Source: a virus (lineage: Duplodnaviria > Caudoviricetes). Taken from it: a DNA stretch of 41,833 nt. Below are positions 16,491 to 27,100 of the stretch, in pieces. The DNA lies in the IMG/VR virus record IMGVR_UViG_3300025288_000041, positions 1 through 41,833 of that record; one strand, written 5' to 3'. Each line of letters begins with the position of its first letter. Position 1 is the first letter of the stretch. The translations under genes and the position numbers were made by a program. The notes under the pieces are model-generated. The model did not search any database. It had not been told where the DNA came from and was given only the letters and a program-made list of their open reading frames with translations.

Positions 16491-18703
16491 AGATCCAGAC
16501 GCAGGTGTTGAGTCTGATGCCGTTCCGCGGAGGCCTGGCCACCGCCGGCAAGCAATCGTCCATCGGCGAAGACCAGCTTTGGGTTGCCGAAAATGCCATG
16601 CCTGGCCTGGATGGGATCATCTCCAGCCGGCCGGGCCTGGTACAGCATGGGCAAACCCTGACCTCGCCAAGCTCGAGCGCAAGCAATTCATTTCAGGATC
16701 TATTCGCGGACGTCAATTCCTGGGTGACCACCGAGTCGACCACCGATGCTGTCCTGACTCCGGGTCTCGGCGTTCTGGCCGTGACCCCGAGCACCGGGAC
16801 GGTCTACCTATCCCGGCGGGCCAATGACACATCCAGCGGTGGAAATTATAGTCTCAAGTTCTCGTTGCGCTTGATGAATCCAGACGGCACCGACACCACC
16901 GGTGGCGCCTTCCGGATCCGGGTCAGTGGAGACGGCGGGACCAGCTTCCACGAATATGCCATCACCGCCGGCGGGGTCTACGTGCTCGAATCGGCGGCCG
17001 ACGTGTTGAAGTACACGCCAACCTATGGTCTGGATCTGGGTGGATACCACAATTTCGAGATTTATTACTCGATGACCGACGACGAAACAACCCTCTGGGT
17101 TGACGGTGAAGCGCAGACGCCCTTTAGCATGGCCGCGGCCGATGATGTGGTCGGCTCCCTGGCGGCGAGCACAAACACCCTGGAGATGTACTGGACATCT
17201 GGAACCGATTCCTGGGCATCCTACCTGGTGGACTTGCAGTTCTGCGATCTGGTTTACACGACCAGTGACCCGCCGTTTGTGGCCGAGCGTCTCGTTGACG
17301 GGATTCAGTACCTGCGTCCGCGTACAGCCGGCGCCACGGCGCAGCGGATCCTCCTGGTGGCTACTGATTCCTACCTGTACGCGGACTTCGATGAGCTGGG
17401 CGCCTGGCGCCCGATCCGGTCGATCCAGCCCGGGCACACCTACATGCTGGGATATCGCGGGAAGCTGGTGATCTTCGACGATGACGGATCCAAGAAGTCT
17501 CAGGTGCTGTCCTGGGACGGGGCCGGAACGGTCCAGGCCGTTTCCGATGCCCCTCCGGTCAGGTTCGGCGCCGAGTACAAGACCAGGCTGTTTGCCGCTG
17601 GTGACCGTCAGTTTCCGCGCCGGATCTACTATACCGGCAGCCGGCAGCTGAACGTCTGGTTTGCCCCGGAATACGACTCAGACGAGACGTTCGACGAGAT
17701 CATCAACGCCGGCTACCTCGAGCCCCCCTGCCGTTCCGACGACACCGTCCTGAGCGTGTACGCCGATTTCTTCGGTACCCTGATTGCCCGCACCGAGCAT
17801 GGAACCTATCAGCTGCTGGGCTCGAGCCCCAGCTCGTTCCGGTTTGAAACGATCAGTCAGGATGTGGGGGGTGGTTCGCCGGAATCCATCGCCCAGGTTG
17901 GCGGTGAGCTGTTCATGATCGGACCCAGCGGGATCTCGACTGTCCAGACGGCTCAGTTATACGGAGACCTGCAGCCCGCCATGGCCAGCGGATCTATCGC
18001 AGATAAGTTCTCAAGTGTTCCAGGCATCCCGAATCGAATCGACCGCAGTCAGGTTGAGCATGCCTATTGCAAATATCTGCCGTCGCTGAATATCCTGGTG
18101 GCAGGCATGCGCGGGCAGGGCTCAACTGTTCTGGACCAGACGATGGTCTATGCTCCGCACCTGAAAAACTGGTTGGGGCCGTGGGACATCGGCCCGACGT
18201 TCTTCAACCTGGTTGAGATCGGTATTCCTCGTACCCAGGCACTGATGCACGGAGACGAGGACGGTAGGGTGACCTTCACAGGCCTGGGGCAAACGACAGA
18301 CCTGGGGGATCCGATCCCGCTTCGGCTGGTCAGCGCCATGATTAGCGGCCGGAGCGTTTCGCCTGAGATGGCAACGGCCACAAAAACATGGAGGACGTTG
18401 CGGGTATACATCTTGCCGCGGGTTAACAAGAACTTTTCGGTACGATGGAAGGCTGACGGTGACCAGTGGCTGCCGTCTGACGGCCCGAAAACCTACAACC
18501 AGAATCAGGCGGGGAAGGCCTATTTGAACAAGGGTTTCCGGCTGAATATCGACCGAATCAGTAGTGACGAAAACGTTGTCTGCATCACCGTGCCGCTGAA
18601 CGCCAGGGGCCGATACCTGCAATTCGAGATCACCAGCGACTACCCATTCGTGTACCAGGGTGCGGAGCTCGAATTCACATTCGACAGGAAGGAGGCCGAA
18701 TAA
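16487..18703 (+). CDS. tail nozzle / tubular protein B-like (P22 gp10-like) with a lectin-like insertion
   Basis: FRGGL..., AEN...G.I.SRPG, YKTRLF, RIYYT and ARGRYLQFEI motifs. GTG start at 16487. Confidence 0.75.
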   Translation: MKIQTQVLSLMPFRGGLATAGKQSSIGEDQLWVAENAMPGLDGIISSRPGLVQHGQTLTSPSSSASNSFQDLFADVNSWVTTESTTDAVLTPGLGVLAVTPSTGTVYLSRRANDTSSGGNYSLKFSLRLMNPDGTDTTGGAFRIRVSGDGGTSFHEYAITAGGVYVLESAADVLKYTPTYGLDLGGYHNFEIYYSMTDDETTLWVDGEAQTPFSMAAADDVVGSLAASTNTLEMYWTSGTDSWASYLVDLQFCDLVYTTSDPPFVAERLVDGIQYLRPRTAGATAQRILLVATDSYLYADFDELGAWRPIRSIQPGHTYMLGYRGKLVIFDDDGSKKSQVLSWDGAGTVQAVSDAPPVRFGAEYKTRLFAAGDRQFPRRIYYTGSRQLNVWFAPEYDSDETFDEIINAGYLEPPCRSDDTVLSVYADFFGTLIARTEHGTYQLLGSSPSSFRFETISQDVGGGSPESIAQVGGELFMIGPSGISTVQTAQLYGDLQPAMASGSIADKFSSVPGIPNRIDRSQVEHAYCKYLPSLNILVAGMRGQGSTVLDQTMVYAPHLKNWLGPWDIGPTFFNLVEIGIPRTQALMHGDEDGRVTFTGLGQTTDLGDPIPLRLVSAMISGRSVSPEMATATKTWRTLRVYILPRVNKNFSVRWKADGDQWLPSDGPKTYNQNQAGKAYLNKGFRLNIDRISSDENVVCITVPLNARGRYLQFEITSDYPFVYQGAELEFTFDRKEAE

Positions 18704-20355
18704 TGCCTTCCGCTATTACCGTTGCCGATTTTGAGGATGAACAGATCCTGACCTTCGAGCAGCTGAAGGCCTTCAAGGATGCGGTGATTGCCAGGTTCTC
18801 AGCAGGGATCGCCTCCGGTGACATCGGCTGGCCGCTTACCGCCCAGGGCAACCTGGACATGAGCATCTACAACCTCCTCGGCGGCAGGAAAATCTGGGGA
18901 TTCGTGAACACCGCGGAATACGATACCCTGTCCGATGCGATCACCGCCGCCGGGTCCGGTGGCGTGGTCCTGATCCCGCCGGAAACAACCATTACCACCG
19001 CCGGCGGCGAGGTCCACAACGGATCCGGGGCCACGATTATCGGTTCGGGGCCCTCGAGCGTGCTCAAGTTCGACGCTTCTCCCTCGGCCGGCTACCTGAT
19101 GCGCGCCGACACCGGAAGCGGCCTGATGTTCGCCAACCTGACCTTCGATGGCAACTCAGCGGCTGGGACCGGTCAGATCGGCCTGGACCTGCAGGGTGTC
19201 TCGAACGTCCTGATCGACAGCTGCTGGTTCCAGAACTTCTCGGGCCCGGCTCTGAACATCTCCAACGGCTGTTCTGGGATCATGGTCCGCGGCTGCTGGT
19301 TCACCGGTGGCAGCGCCGAACACATCTACGCCACCGAGAGTGGGCGCCTGGGAATCGAGGGCCTGCACAGTGTTTCGGCCGGAACTATTGCTTTGCGCCT
19401 GCAATCTGCCAGTGCCACCGCAGAAGTCATTGCGATTATTGACAATGCGTTCATCGTGACCCCCGGAAGCAATGGGATCAACGCCTACGGGGCCAATGCG
19501 ACGGGCAGCGCGTCTCCCGCGGAGGTCTACGCGACGGGCGTCAAGATCAAATCTGCTGGCTCTGATGCGGCCGTGTTGGGGACATCGGCGCAGGCCCTGG
19601 CCCGTGTGTCCTGGACCGGTGGCGTCGTGTACGGGCCGGCTGGGGACGGCCTGGTGGTCCACGCGAGCGAGGGAGCCATTAGTGGCGTCTCGATCTCTAC
19701 GCCCATCACAAACTGCATCGACCTGGGGACCTCGCGCCACATGCAGGTCAGCGGGAACACCTTCAAGGCCGCTACCGTGGGTGTGGATGCCTCGCTGACC
19801 GCGGCTGAATGCCGGATCACGGGAAACACCTGTATCAGCTGCACGGACAACGTTATCCTGGGTGGGACCGGACTCGTCCAGTATGGCAACGGGGACCAGG
19901 TAGCGGCTCCTCCGGCGAATTGCTTCGCGAATTTCACCGACTATGCCGTGGTTACGACCCTCAACCAGCTCGTCTTCACGATTCCCGGGGGAACCCTGCG
20001 TGTTGGCGACATCCTGAAATATTCGGTCTTCTACAGCGCGAACAATGGGACAGCAAACCAGGCCCTCGGATTGAGTCTCCAGTTCACTTCTGGAAAATAC
20101 CTGGGCCAGACCGATACCCACGGCTCCGAAGACGGAGTACTCCAGGGCGTTGCCCTGGTTACTGGTGCGACCACGATTCGCGGATTTGGCTGGGGATTCA
20201 CCGACACAGGGAACGAGGACGTGAACTATCACGACTTGACCACGATCGACCTGACTGCTGACAACGGCATCTATGCCGGGGCGACCAACCCGTCAGGGAC
20301 CACCGATGCCTATATTCGCGGTGTGGTTCTGGAAATCCTCCACGCGGAGGTATAA
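18703..20355 (+). CDS. tailspike, right-handed beta-helix (pectate-lyase-like)
   Basis: DAITAA..GGVVLIPP, TIIGSG..SVLK, NLTFDGN and NVLIDSCWF rungs. Confidence 0.8.
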   Translation: MPSAITVADFEDEQILTFEQLKAFKDAVIARFSAGIASGDIGWPLTAQGNLDMSIYNLLGGRKIWGFVNTAEYDTLSDAITAAGSGGVVLIPPETTITTAGGEVHNGSGATIIGSGPSSVLKFDASPSAGYLMRADTGSGLMFANLTFDGNSAAGTGQIGLDLQGVSNVLIDSCWFQNFSGPALNISNGCSGIMVRGCWFTGGSAEHIYATESGRLGIEGLHSVSAGTIALRLQSASATAEVIAIIDNAFIVTPGSNGINAYGANATGSASPAEVYATGVKIKSAGSDAAVLGTSAQALARVSWTGGVVYGPAGDGLVVHASEGAISGVSISTPITNCIDLGTSRHMQVSGNTFKAATVGVDASLTAAECRITGNTCISCTDNVILGGTGLVQYGNGDQVAAPPANCFANFTDYAVVTTLNQLVFTIPGGTLRVGDILKYSVFYSANNGTANQALGLSLQFTSGKYLGQTDTHGSEDGVLQGVALVTGATTIRGFGWGFTDTGNEDVNYHDLTTIDLTADNGIYAGATNPSGTTDAYIRGVVLEILHAEV

Positions 20356-20357
20356 GC

Positions 20358-21257
20358 GTGCCAAAGGGGCGCTATCGGGCAACTGACGACATCGACCTGG
20401 GCGGGAATCACCTGGTTGATTGGCGCCACCTTGAGGATATCCCCATGGTGGATAAGTTTGGGCATAAGGCGCTTGACGGCTATGCCATCGTCTCGGATGG
20501 TTCCACGTGGAACATCAAGCCGCTGACCTCTGGGGCCGATGGCCCGCTGGTTGTCAGCTGGGACGATCTGGCAGATATCCCCGCCGAGTTCACGCCCGCC
20601 GATCATACCCACCCACTGAGCGACCTGGAACAGAGCGCAGCAAATACAAACCAGGTTGCAAAGTGGAACGGTACGTCCTGGGTTCCGGCGTCGATCGTTA
20701 ATTCGGTGATCGCCGGCACAGGAATTGCGGTATCCGGGGCAACCGGCGATGTGACCATCTCCCACAACCTGTCAGCGGGGACCGGCATCAGCATTGTGGG
20801 CGCCACGATTTCCCACGCCATGACAGCGGGCGCCGGAATCGACATCACTGGAGCAGCGATCTCGGTTAAGAGCGCCCTGACCAACAACGTGAAGCGATTG
20901 GCCATCGAGGTCCTGGTCAACGGAAACGGTTCGGTGCTAACGGCCGGCAATAAGGGATACGCAGTCCTTCCCTGTGCGTGCACCCTGATCGAAGCGATCC
21001 ATATTTTAAACCTATCCGATACGATGACCTGGGAAATCAAATCCTGCAGCTACTCTGGCTACAATGGAAGCCTGGCCGACATCACCGGCGGTTCGAATTT
21101 CGGGGTCACAGGAGCCAACAAGAACAAGGATGCAACCCTTTCGGGATGGACAACCGACTTTGCTGCCGAGGACGTCTTCAAAATTTCGATCCTCACAGCA
21201 CCGAGTAGTGCGACCATTGCGACCTTGGTCCTAATTTTCGAGGCCGACATTACGTAG
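20358..21257 (+). CDS. tail fibre-like protein
   Basis: HTHPLSDL, QVAKWNGTSWVP and repeated AG(T/A)GI.I.G segments. Confidence 0.7.
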   Translation: MPKGRYRATDDIDLGGNHLVDWRHLEDIPMVDKFGHKALDGYAIVSDGSTWNIKPLTSGADGPLVVSWDDLADIPAEFTPADHTHPLSDLEQSAANTNQVAKWNGTSWVPASIVNSVIAGTGIAVSGATGDVTISHNLSAGTGISIVGATISHAMTAGAGIDITGAAISVKSALTNNVKRLAIEVLVNGNGSVLTAGNKGYAVLPCACTLIEAIHILNLSDTMTWEIKSCSYSGYNGSLADITGGSNFGVTGANKNKDATLSGWTTDFAAEDVFKISILTAPSSATIATLVLIFEADIT

Positions 21258-21267
21258 GGGGTGAGTT

Positions 21268-21753
21268 GTGCCGACATATCAGATTGCACCGCCGACCTCA
21301 GACGGAACCGATGGTTACGACACGGCCACAACCATGCGTGCTCGCTACGATGACCGAGCCTTTCCTGCGATCACCAATTTCATGAAGATGTCGTTCGATT
21401 TGTCCGCGTACAGTGGCACCATTACAGCAGCAAGGCTTAGGCTTAATGGACAATCGTATTCGGCCACCAAGGGCGTTGCGAAGACATTCAATATTTTCCA
21501 CGCTGCCGGAGTCAGCACGTTGCTTGCTACTCCGACGTATGCTGCAGCTGGAATGGCCTGGTACACGCTATCAAATTTCAGCGTGTTTACTTTTGCCGCG
21601 AATGTTATTCACGTCACTGTTAACAATCCAGGGACCCTGAAATACCGGGACTTCATTGCCTACACCAAAGAGCAGGCGACGAGTCCCGACAACTACGACC
21701 CGATGCTCGAGATCACAATCGGTGGAGAAACCGTTCAAGTAATAATGGTGTAA
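21268..21753 (+). CDS. DNRLRE/CBM96-like beta-sandwich protein
   Basis: FDLSAYSGTITAARLRL and ...PMLEIT pattern. Confidence 0.55.
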   Translation: MPTYQIAPPTSDGTDGYDTATTMRARYDDRAFPAITNFMKMSFDLSAYSGTITAARLRLNGQSYSATKGVAKTFNIFHAAGVSTLLATPTYAAAGMAWYTLSNFSVFTFAANVIHVTVNNPGTLKYRDFIAYTKEQATSPDNYDPMLEITIGGETVQVIMV

Positions 21754-21755
21754 AA

Positions 21756-22292
21756 ATGGATCTAAGGTTAAGCAGAATGAGGGCCGCTACTCCGGTAGTT
21801 GAACTGATTAACGAAACGGGGTATTTTGGGGATGTGGAGAAATCCGATATTGCCGGCACTGATGTCTGGGGATTAGCCGACCATGCCGTCAAGGGATTCC
21901 ACCTCGTTGCCTGCGTCGTGGTTGTTCGAAGCGGCGGGATGGCTTTTCTGGATTTCCTCTCCGTCAAGGCTTCTTACCAGGGTGTAGGAGTCGCCGAACA
22001 GTTGCTCCGGGAAATTATCCCGAAGCTACGTGCACAAGGTGTGCACCGAATAAATGCATCCATTTCCGGATTAAACGGTCCGGCGATGCACCTGGTCCGG
22101 AAATTTGGGGCAACCATCGGGTTCCCGTATATGAATGTGGTCTGCAGGTTGGAGGATAGCCATGGGTACAAAGAAACAAGAACAGACCCAGACGACTACG
22201 CTTCCCGGGGCGACGGCAAGCGAGCAGGAAGTTCAGCAGTTGCTTTTGAACCTGGCCAAGTCTGCCGGACTGCAGTCAGGCAACCTCAGTGA
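21756..22292 (+). CDS. GNAT-family acetyltransferase-like protein
   Basis: LSVKASYQGVGVAEQLL (motif A, QxxGxA) and N.PA..L..KFG. Sits just before the ejection proteins. Confidence 0.8.
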   Translation: MDLRLSRMRAATPVVELINETGYFGDVEKSDIAGTDVWGLADHAVKGFHLVACVVVVRSGGMAFLDFLSVKASYQGVGVAEQLLREIIPKLRAQGVHRINASISGLNGPAMHLVRKFGATIGFPYMNVVCRLEDSHGYKETRTDPDDYASRGDGKRAGSSAVAFEPGQVCRTAVRQPQ

Positions 22293-22764
22293 TCTGGCCA
22301 ACGGCAAGATGACTGTCCAACCACAGGACGCGGCCCTGATTAACGAGATCCAGAAGCTGACCGACCAGAACGCTCGTGTCGGCCTGCAGGAGAATCTTGC
22401 TCAGGTCATGTCCGGGGTCGAGGGAAACATGCTCGATCGGAATATCGCTGGTTCGACCGTCGAAGCCATGGGCAAGAGCCTTGCCGGTACGCAGGCGCTG
22501 GCCGACTTGAATCGGCAAACCATTGCTTCTGGCATCAATAATGCGCAGTCGTTGCGCCAGCAGACCCTGGACCGAGCCGGCATCACCCTGAATGCGAACC
22601 AACTCCTTCTGCAACGTCTACTCGGCGGTGCACAGGGCGTGTACCAACCCGCACTGCAGGCACGCCTGGCTCAGGGTACGACTACCGGTACTACCACGGA
22701 AAGCGGAATCACCACTGCAGAAGCAGCAGGGGCAGCGGCAAATATCATTCGTGCGGCAAGGTAG
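22162..22764 (+). CDS. DNA ejection/pilot protein (putative)
   Basis: MG..KQ.QTQTTT start, Q/A-rich helices, GGAGG SD. Confidence 0.7.
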   Translation: MGTKKQEQTQTTTLPGATASEQEVQQLLLNLAKSAGLQSGNLSDLANGKMTVQPQDAALINEIQKLTDQNARVGLQENLAQVMSGVEGNMLDRNIAGSTVEAMGKSLAGTQALADLNRQTIASGINNAQSLRQQTLDRAGITLNANQLLLQRLLGGAQGVYQPALQARLAQGTTTGTTTESGITTAEAAGAAANIIRAAR

Positions 22765-22775
22765 GGGTGATAACC

Positions 22776-24179
22776 ATGGCTGGAAAAATGGACGATATGG
22801 TAGCCCAAGTTTCGGGTGGGGCCGACACCAGGGCGGCAGCAGCGGCGGCGCCGGATCCGCAGTCGACTGACATGGTCGATCAGCTGACGCAGCAGCTGGC
22901 AAGTATGGGGGAGTCCCGCAAGAAACTTGTCGATCAGAGGGACCAGGCCAGCGGTGGCTTGGGCAACCTGAAAAGCCCGGAGGGAATCCTGTCTCTATTG
23001 ACTCTCCTCGCCGGCGCCGCAACCGGAAACACCAACCTGGCGGCCGCCGGTGTTGGTGGAGCCACCGGTTCGATGTCTCCGGACCAAGGGTCCATCGCTG
23101 CAGCTGATGCCGGAATCAAGGCAATCGACAAGCAACGAGGAGACATGGGTCAGCGGGTCACCACGCTGCTGTCTTCTCAGCCTGGCATGTTCGTCAACCC
23201 AGACGATCTGAGCTCCTCGGTTGACCCGCGGCTTCTGGGCGTCATGGTCTCAGGCATGCCTATTCCCATCGACCCCGGCGCAAATTTCGTTATCAAGCGG
23301 GACGGCGAGGAAAAGAAGCGCCAATACGATGCGGGACTGCAAATGCTCAGGTCCGATGATCCGTACCAAAGGTCCATGGGTGCGGTCATGGTCAACAATA
23401 CGCTGGATCTCGGCTGGAGCGAGGAGCAAATGCAGACCCTTGGCAACGTCGACGAGTCGCAACTGTTGGTCAACCTCATGACCGCCAGCAACCTTGATCC
23501 GCTGTCCGTCGGTCGTGCCTGGATCTACCACATGCGCAGCGGAAAGCCTATCACCGATCCGGACGTCGTCACTCTGATGGAGGGCAAGAAAGCCGGCGAG
23601 ATCAACATCGAGCAGAGGCACCAAGACCTGCTTACGAAGTTCGGGACCGCCATTCAGAACGCCGGATCTGAAATGCTTCGGCAGCCGATCGAGACCCAAC
23701 TGGCCTATGCCTTCTCCGATCAACCAGGCGAGTTGACCGAAATGAAGCGTTGGCTCATGGGCACGCGCGCCTTTGCTCCCGGCCTGGATCCGCAGGATCT
23801 GGCCAATGGAATCCTGTCTTCCGGATTCAATATGCTGCAGCTGTATGCTATCGCTCCGCAGCTGTTTAGCGGTATGGACATCAACAGTGAGGGCGACGTC
23901 TGGAAATACACCGCCCGTAATGCTGGGACGATGATCCAGAACCTGCAGGAAAAGAGCAGCCACGAAATTGCCAGCGAGCTCGGTTTCGACATGACTGATC
24001 TGTCTATACTCTACGGCAAGAACGGAGTCGATACCGAGGAGGCGCGCCCCATGGCCATGACCAAGATCCTCGAGCTGCGCGACCAGGCGACCGAGAATGG
24101 GGTTTTCGATGCGGCCAAATACAAGGAGCTGTTGAAGAAAGAGCGCGGCCAGTACACCGGCCAGGAAGCGGGCAAGTAA
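22776..24179 (+). CDS. internal virion/ejection protein (putative)
   Basis: Helical protein with a hydrophobic G/A-rich segment. Position between pilot and large ejection genes. Confidence 0.65.
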   Translation: MAGKMDDMVAQVSGGADTRAAAAAAPDPQSTDMVDQLTQQLASMGESRKKLVDQRDQASGGLGNLKSPEGILSLLTLLAGAATGNTNLAAAGVGGATGSMSPDQGSIAAADAGIKAIDKQRGDMGQRVTTLLSSQPGMFVNPDDLSSSVDPRLLGVMVSGMPIPIDPGANFVIKRDGEEKKRQYDAGLQMLRSDDPYQRSMGAVMVNNTLDLGWSEEQMQTLGNVDESQLLVNLMTASNLDPLSVGRAWIYHMRSGKPITDPDVVTLMEGKKAGEINIEQRHQDLLTKFGTAIQNAGSEMLRQPIETQLAYAFSDQPGELTEMKRWLMGTRAFAPGLDPQDLANGILSSGFNMLQLYAIAPQLFSGMDINSEGDVWKYTARNAGTMIQNLQEKSSHEIASELGFDMTDLSILYGKNGVDTEEARPMAMTKILELRDQATENGVFDAAKYKELLKKERGQYTGQEAGK

Positions 24180-24180
24180 T

Positions 24181-27100
24181 ATGCCGACTCCGCTGCAGGA
24201 ACGTGCGAGGATCTTCCGGGAGGCGCGAGACAAGGGCCTGACACCTACCGAGGCCGCTACCATGGCGGTTCCCGGCGCCAATCCGGTGATGATCCAGAAC
24301 TTCGCTGACGTGACCGGCAATCTGGTTAACGTTGACGGATTCTCTATCCCGATGGGCGTGGTGGCTGCAAGGTTTTCAGCCCCCGGCCTGGGCCGTCGCC
24401 TTGCCGCAGATACCGGGATTCCCGAGCAGGCCGCCACCGACCACATGGACCGCGCCGTGAGCAAAATGCCGACGGCCGGAAGTGCTCCCGACTACGACCG
24501 CTTCGATATGATGATGACCAACACCAGACGCAACACCGCTGGGTCGATTACGCAGACTGTGGCCAATTTCAAGGACGTCGGCAAAGACATCGAGCTGGCC
24601 GCGGCCGCCGGCATGGCGTTCCCCGGAAACTTCCAGCAGGCCTTGTTCGGGGCTGTAATCGGTGAATCTCCCGCCGCTGTTGCCGCTCGTCTGTGGCCGA
24701 CGGCCGACATTGGCGATAGCCCCGAGAATCAGCAGAAGAAGGCACTGATTCCCATGGCCATCAAGGGTGCCTCGATGTCCCTGATCGGAAACATCATCAA
24801 GCTGGGTGGGGCCGTCTCTCCTATTGGAGGGGAGATTGAGGGCGAGGCCATGATCCAGAAGGCGCGAGGCACGCTGCAGCCGGTTCTGGAGTCGGACTAC
24901 AATCAGAACCTCATCAGCGGATCCGACATTCTTGAGCATGCAAACTTCAATGCGCAGCAGGCGGCCGATGCCGTGGCCAACGGTGATCCGGAAGCGTTTG
25001 TTTCGTATTTCAGCGCCATTCCCGACCCCGGAACGCCTGAGCGACAGGCCTACGATCAGGCAGTCAGGGACTATGCAGCCGAAAACTACGCATACCTGTC
25101 TACGGTCAAGCGCCCAATCGGTCCGTCAGTCATCGTAAGCGGGTTAGGAATCAAGATCCCCAATCCGACGCACCTTTCCCTCGGTGACGTGCACATGGCT
25201 GCTATGGCGATCGGTGGTTCGTTCCTGGACGTATTCGCCGATCCGCTGCTTCTGACCAGCGATGCTCCTCCGGCTGCCGTTGAAGCAATCCGCTCCGCGC
25301 TTCCGGCATCGTCTCGGGCTCGGGTTACCGCTGCAATCGCTACCAAGGGAAAGCGCCTCGAGGATCTCCTGGTCGCATCCAATGATGCGAACAAGTGGGC
25401 CGAAAAGGCGATGGAGACTTACCGCAAAAATCCCAGCGAGGAGAACCTGGCTCGCCTGATTCATGCGCGAAAGAATGCCGCCCGTGTCGCCTCGATGCAC
25501 GATGCCGGCCGAATGGGCGGTCCCGGCGAAGCGGTCGTGTTCAACACCAACCCCAAGATTCGGCCGGAGCATATCCAGCCCGTCGGCGACGCATTCCTCG
25601 AGGCGCCAAGTGGAGCTGGGTGGTCTGCCGCCAGCGATTTCATCGCCGATCAGATCAAGGTTGCACGCAAAGAGGTCCAGGGCCTCGAGAAGATGGTCGA
25701 GCGGGCGGGAGAGAATATCCCGGAGGGACAAATCTTCACACCCGAGCAGCTGGGCGAGAACATCGACGATCTCAAGAAGCAACTGACAGCCAAAAAACAG
25801 GACCTGGATCAGTGGCGAACCACCGGTCGGTGGCTGAAATCTCGCGAGAGTCTGGCCGCCAATCATGAGGTCGATCCGACACGGACCGCGGCTTTCTTCA
25901 AGGAGGCCATGAACGAGCAGAGCCCCTACGCGGCCGATGCCTTCAAGCTGGGCCCAGACAGCTCCAACGAGGAGGCACTACGCGCTGTCCATAACAATAT
26001 CCAGCGTGGGCTTGTCCAAGGCGCTCCGCAAGAGGAAATCAACCAGTGGCAGCGGACGTTCAGCGACATCGTGGCCGATGGTGCTCCCGTTGACGGGGTG
26101 ATCCGGCGCAGCGAGCTGACGCCAAAGCAGCTCCTCGAGGATTCTCGAGACGCCACGCGCCGGCGGGTGCTCTCCAAGAGCAACGAGCCGATCGGAGACT
26201 TTCGCCAGGCTGATCCGGGCCAGATCGAAAACCGGATCGCCTTCGGTCCGGACGAGAGCGAGTCGGCCGGCGAGGCAGCGGCGATCCTGGCCTCCGGAGG
26301 CGAGATCGACGACATGAGCTACTACGGGATGCCGCTGGGGATGTATAACACATCCTATGGCCTGCGCCCGTATCCGCACTCCGGCACCGAAATGCGCGCG
26401 CTCGAGAAGACTCTGACCGCAGACAATGAATGGCTGGGGATTGGTCCTGTCCGCACGAAAGTCGAGGCGGCTGAGTGGCAGCAAAATCTCGGCGAGAAGA
26501 TGGGGGATTTTTGGGCCAAGGGATTCTACCCGCGCACCTGGAACCTGCGCCCTGCCGCGGCGATCTACAAGATTCGCGAGCCAATGCGGTTGCTGCAGTC
26601 TGCCCAGCCCGAGCTCTATACCCGGATCCATAACGCTTACTCGTCCCAGGATTTCGAGCTGGCCCGCATGTACTCGATCTTCCGGCGCGAGATGCGCAAC
26701 TTGGGTGTGCACCGGGTAGCCGGCGATGTCGAATATGTCGACAAGGCTGTCTCCGAGAAGTTCTTCCATTTGATGAATATGGATCCAACCGGCGAGGATT
26801 ACATCGCCGAGCTGGCCAAGCTCCCGGAGTCCCACCGTCGCAGTATCAGCAACCTGCGTCAGGAACAGAACTTCATCCGGGACAAGCTGGGCCTACGCAA
26901 TTCCGACATGAGCATCAGTGGTTTCATTCACCACACGTTTGACCCGGAGATGTTCGCCAATGGCGCCAGGCCTCTCGAGTTCCTGGGTCTACCCGTTTCC
27001 GGAGATGTGTTCACTCCTACGCTGCTCAACCGCAGCGGATCGGGTGAGTTCATTCCTGATTTGAGTCTGGCTCTGGACATATACGCCAGGTCCGCAGCTC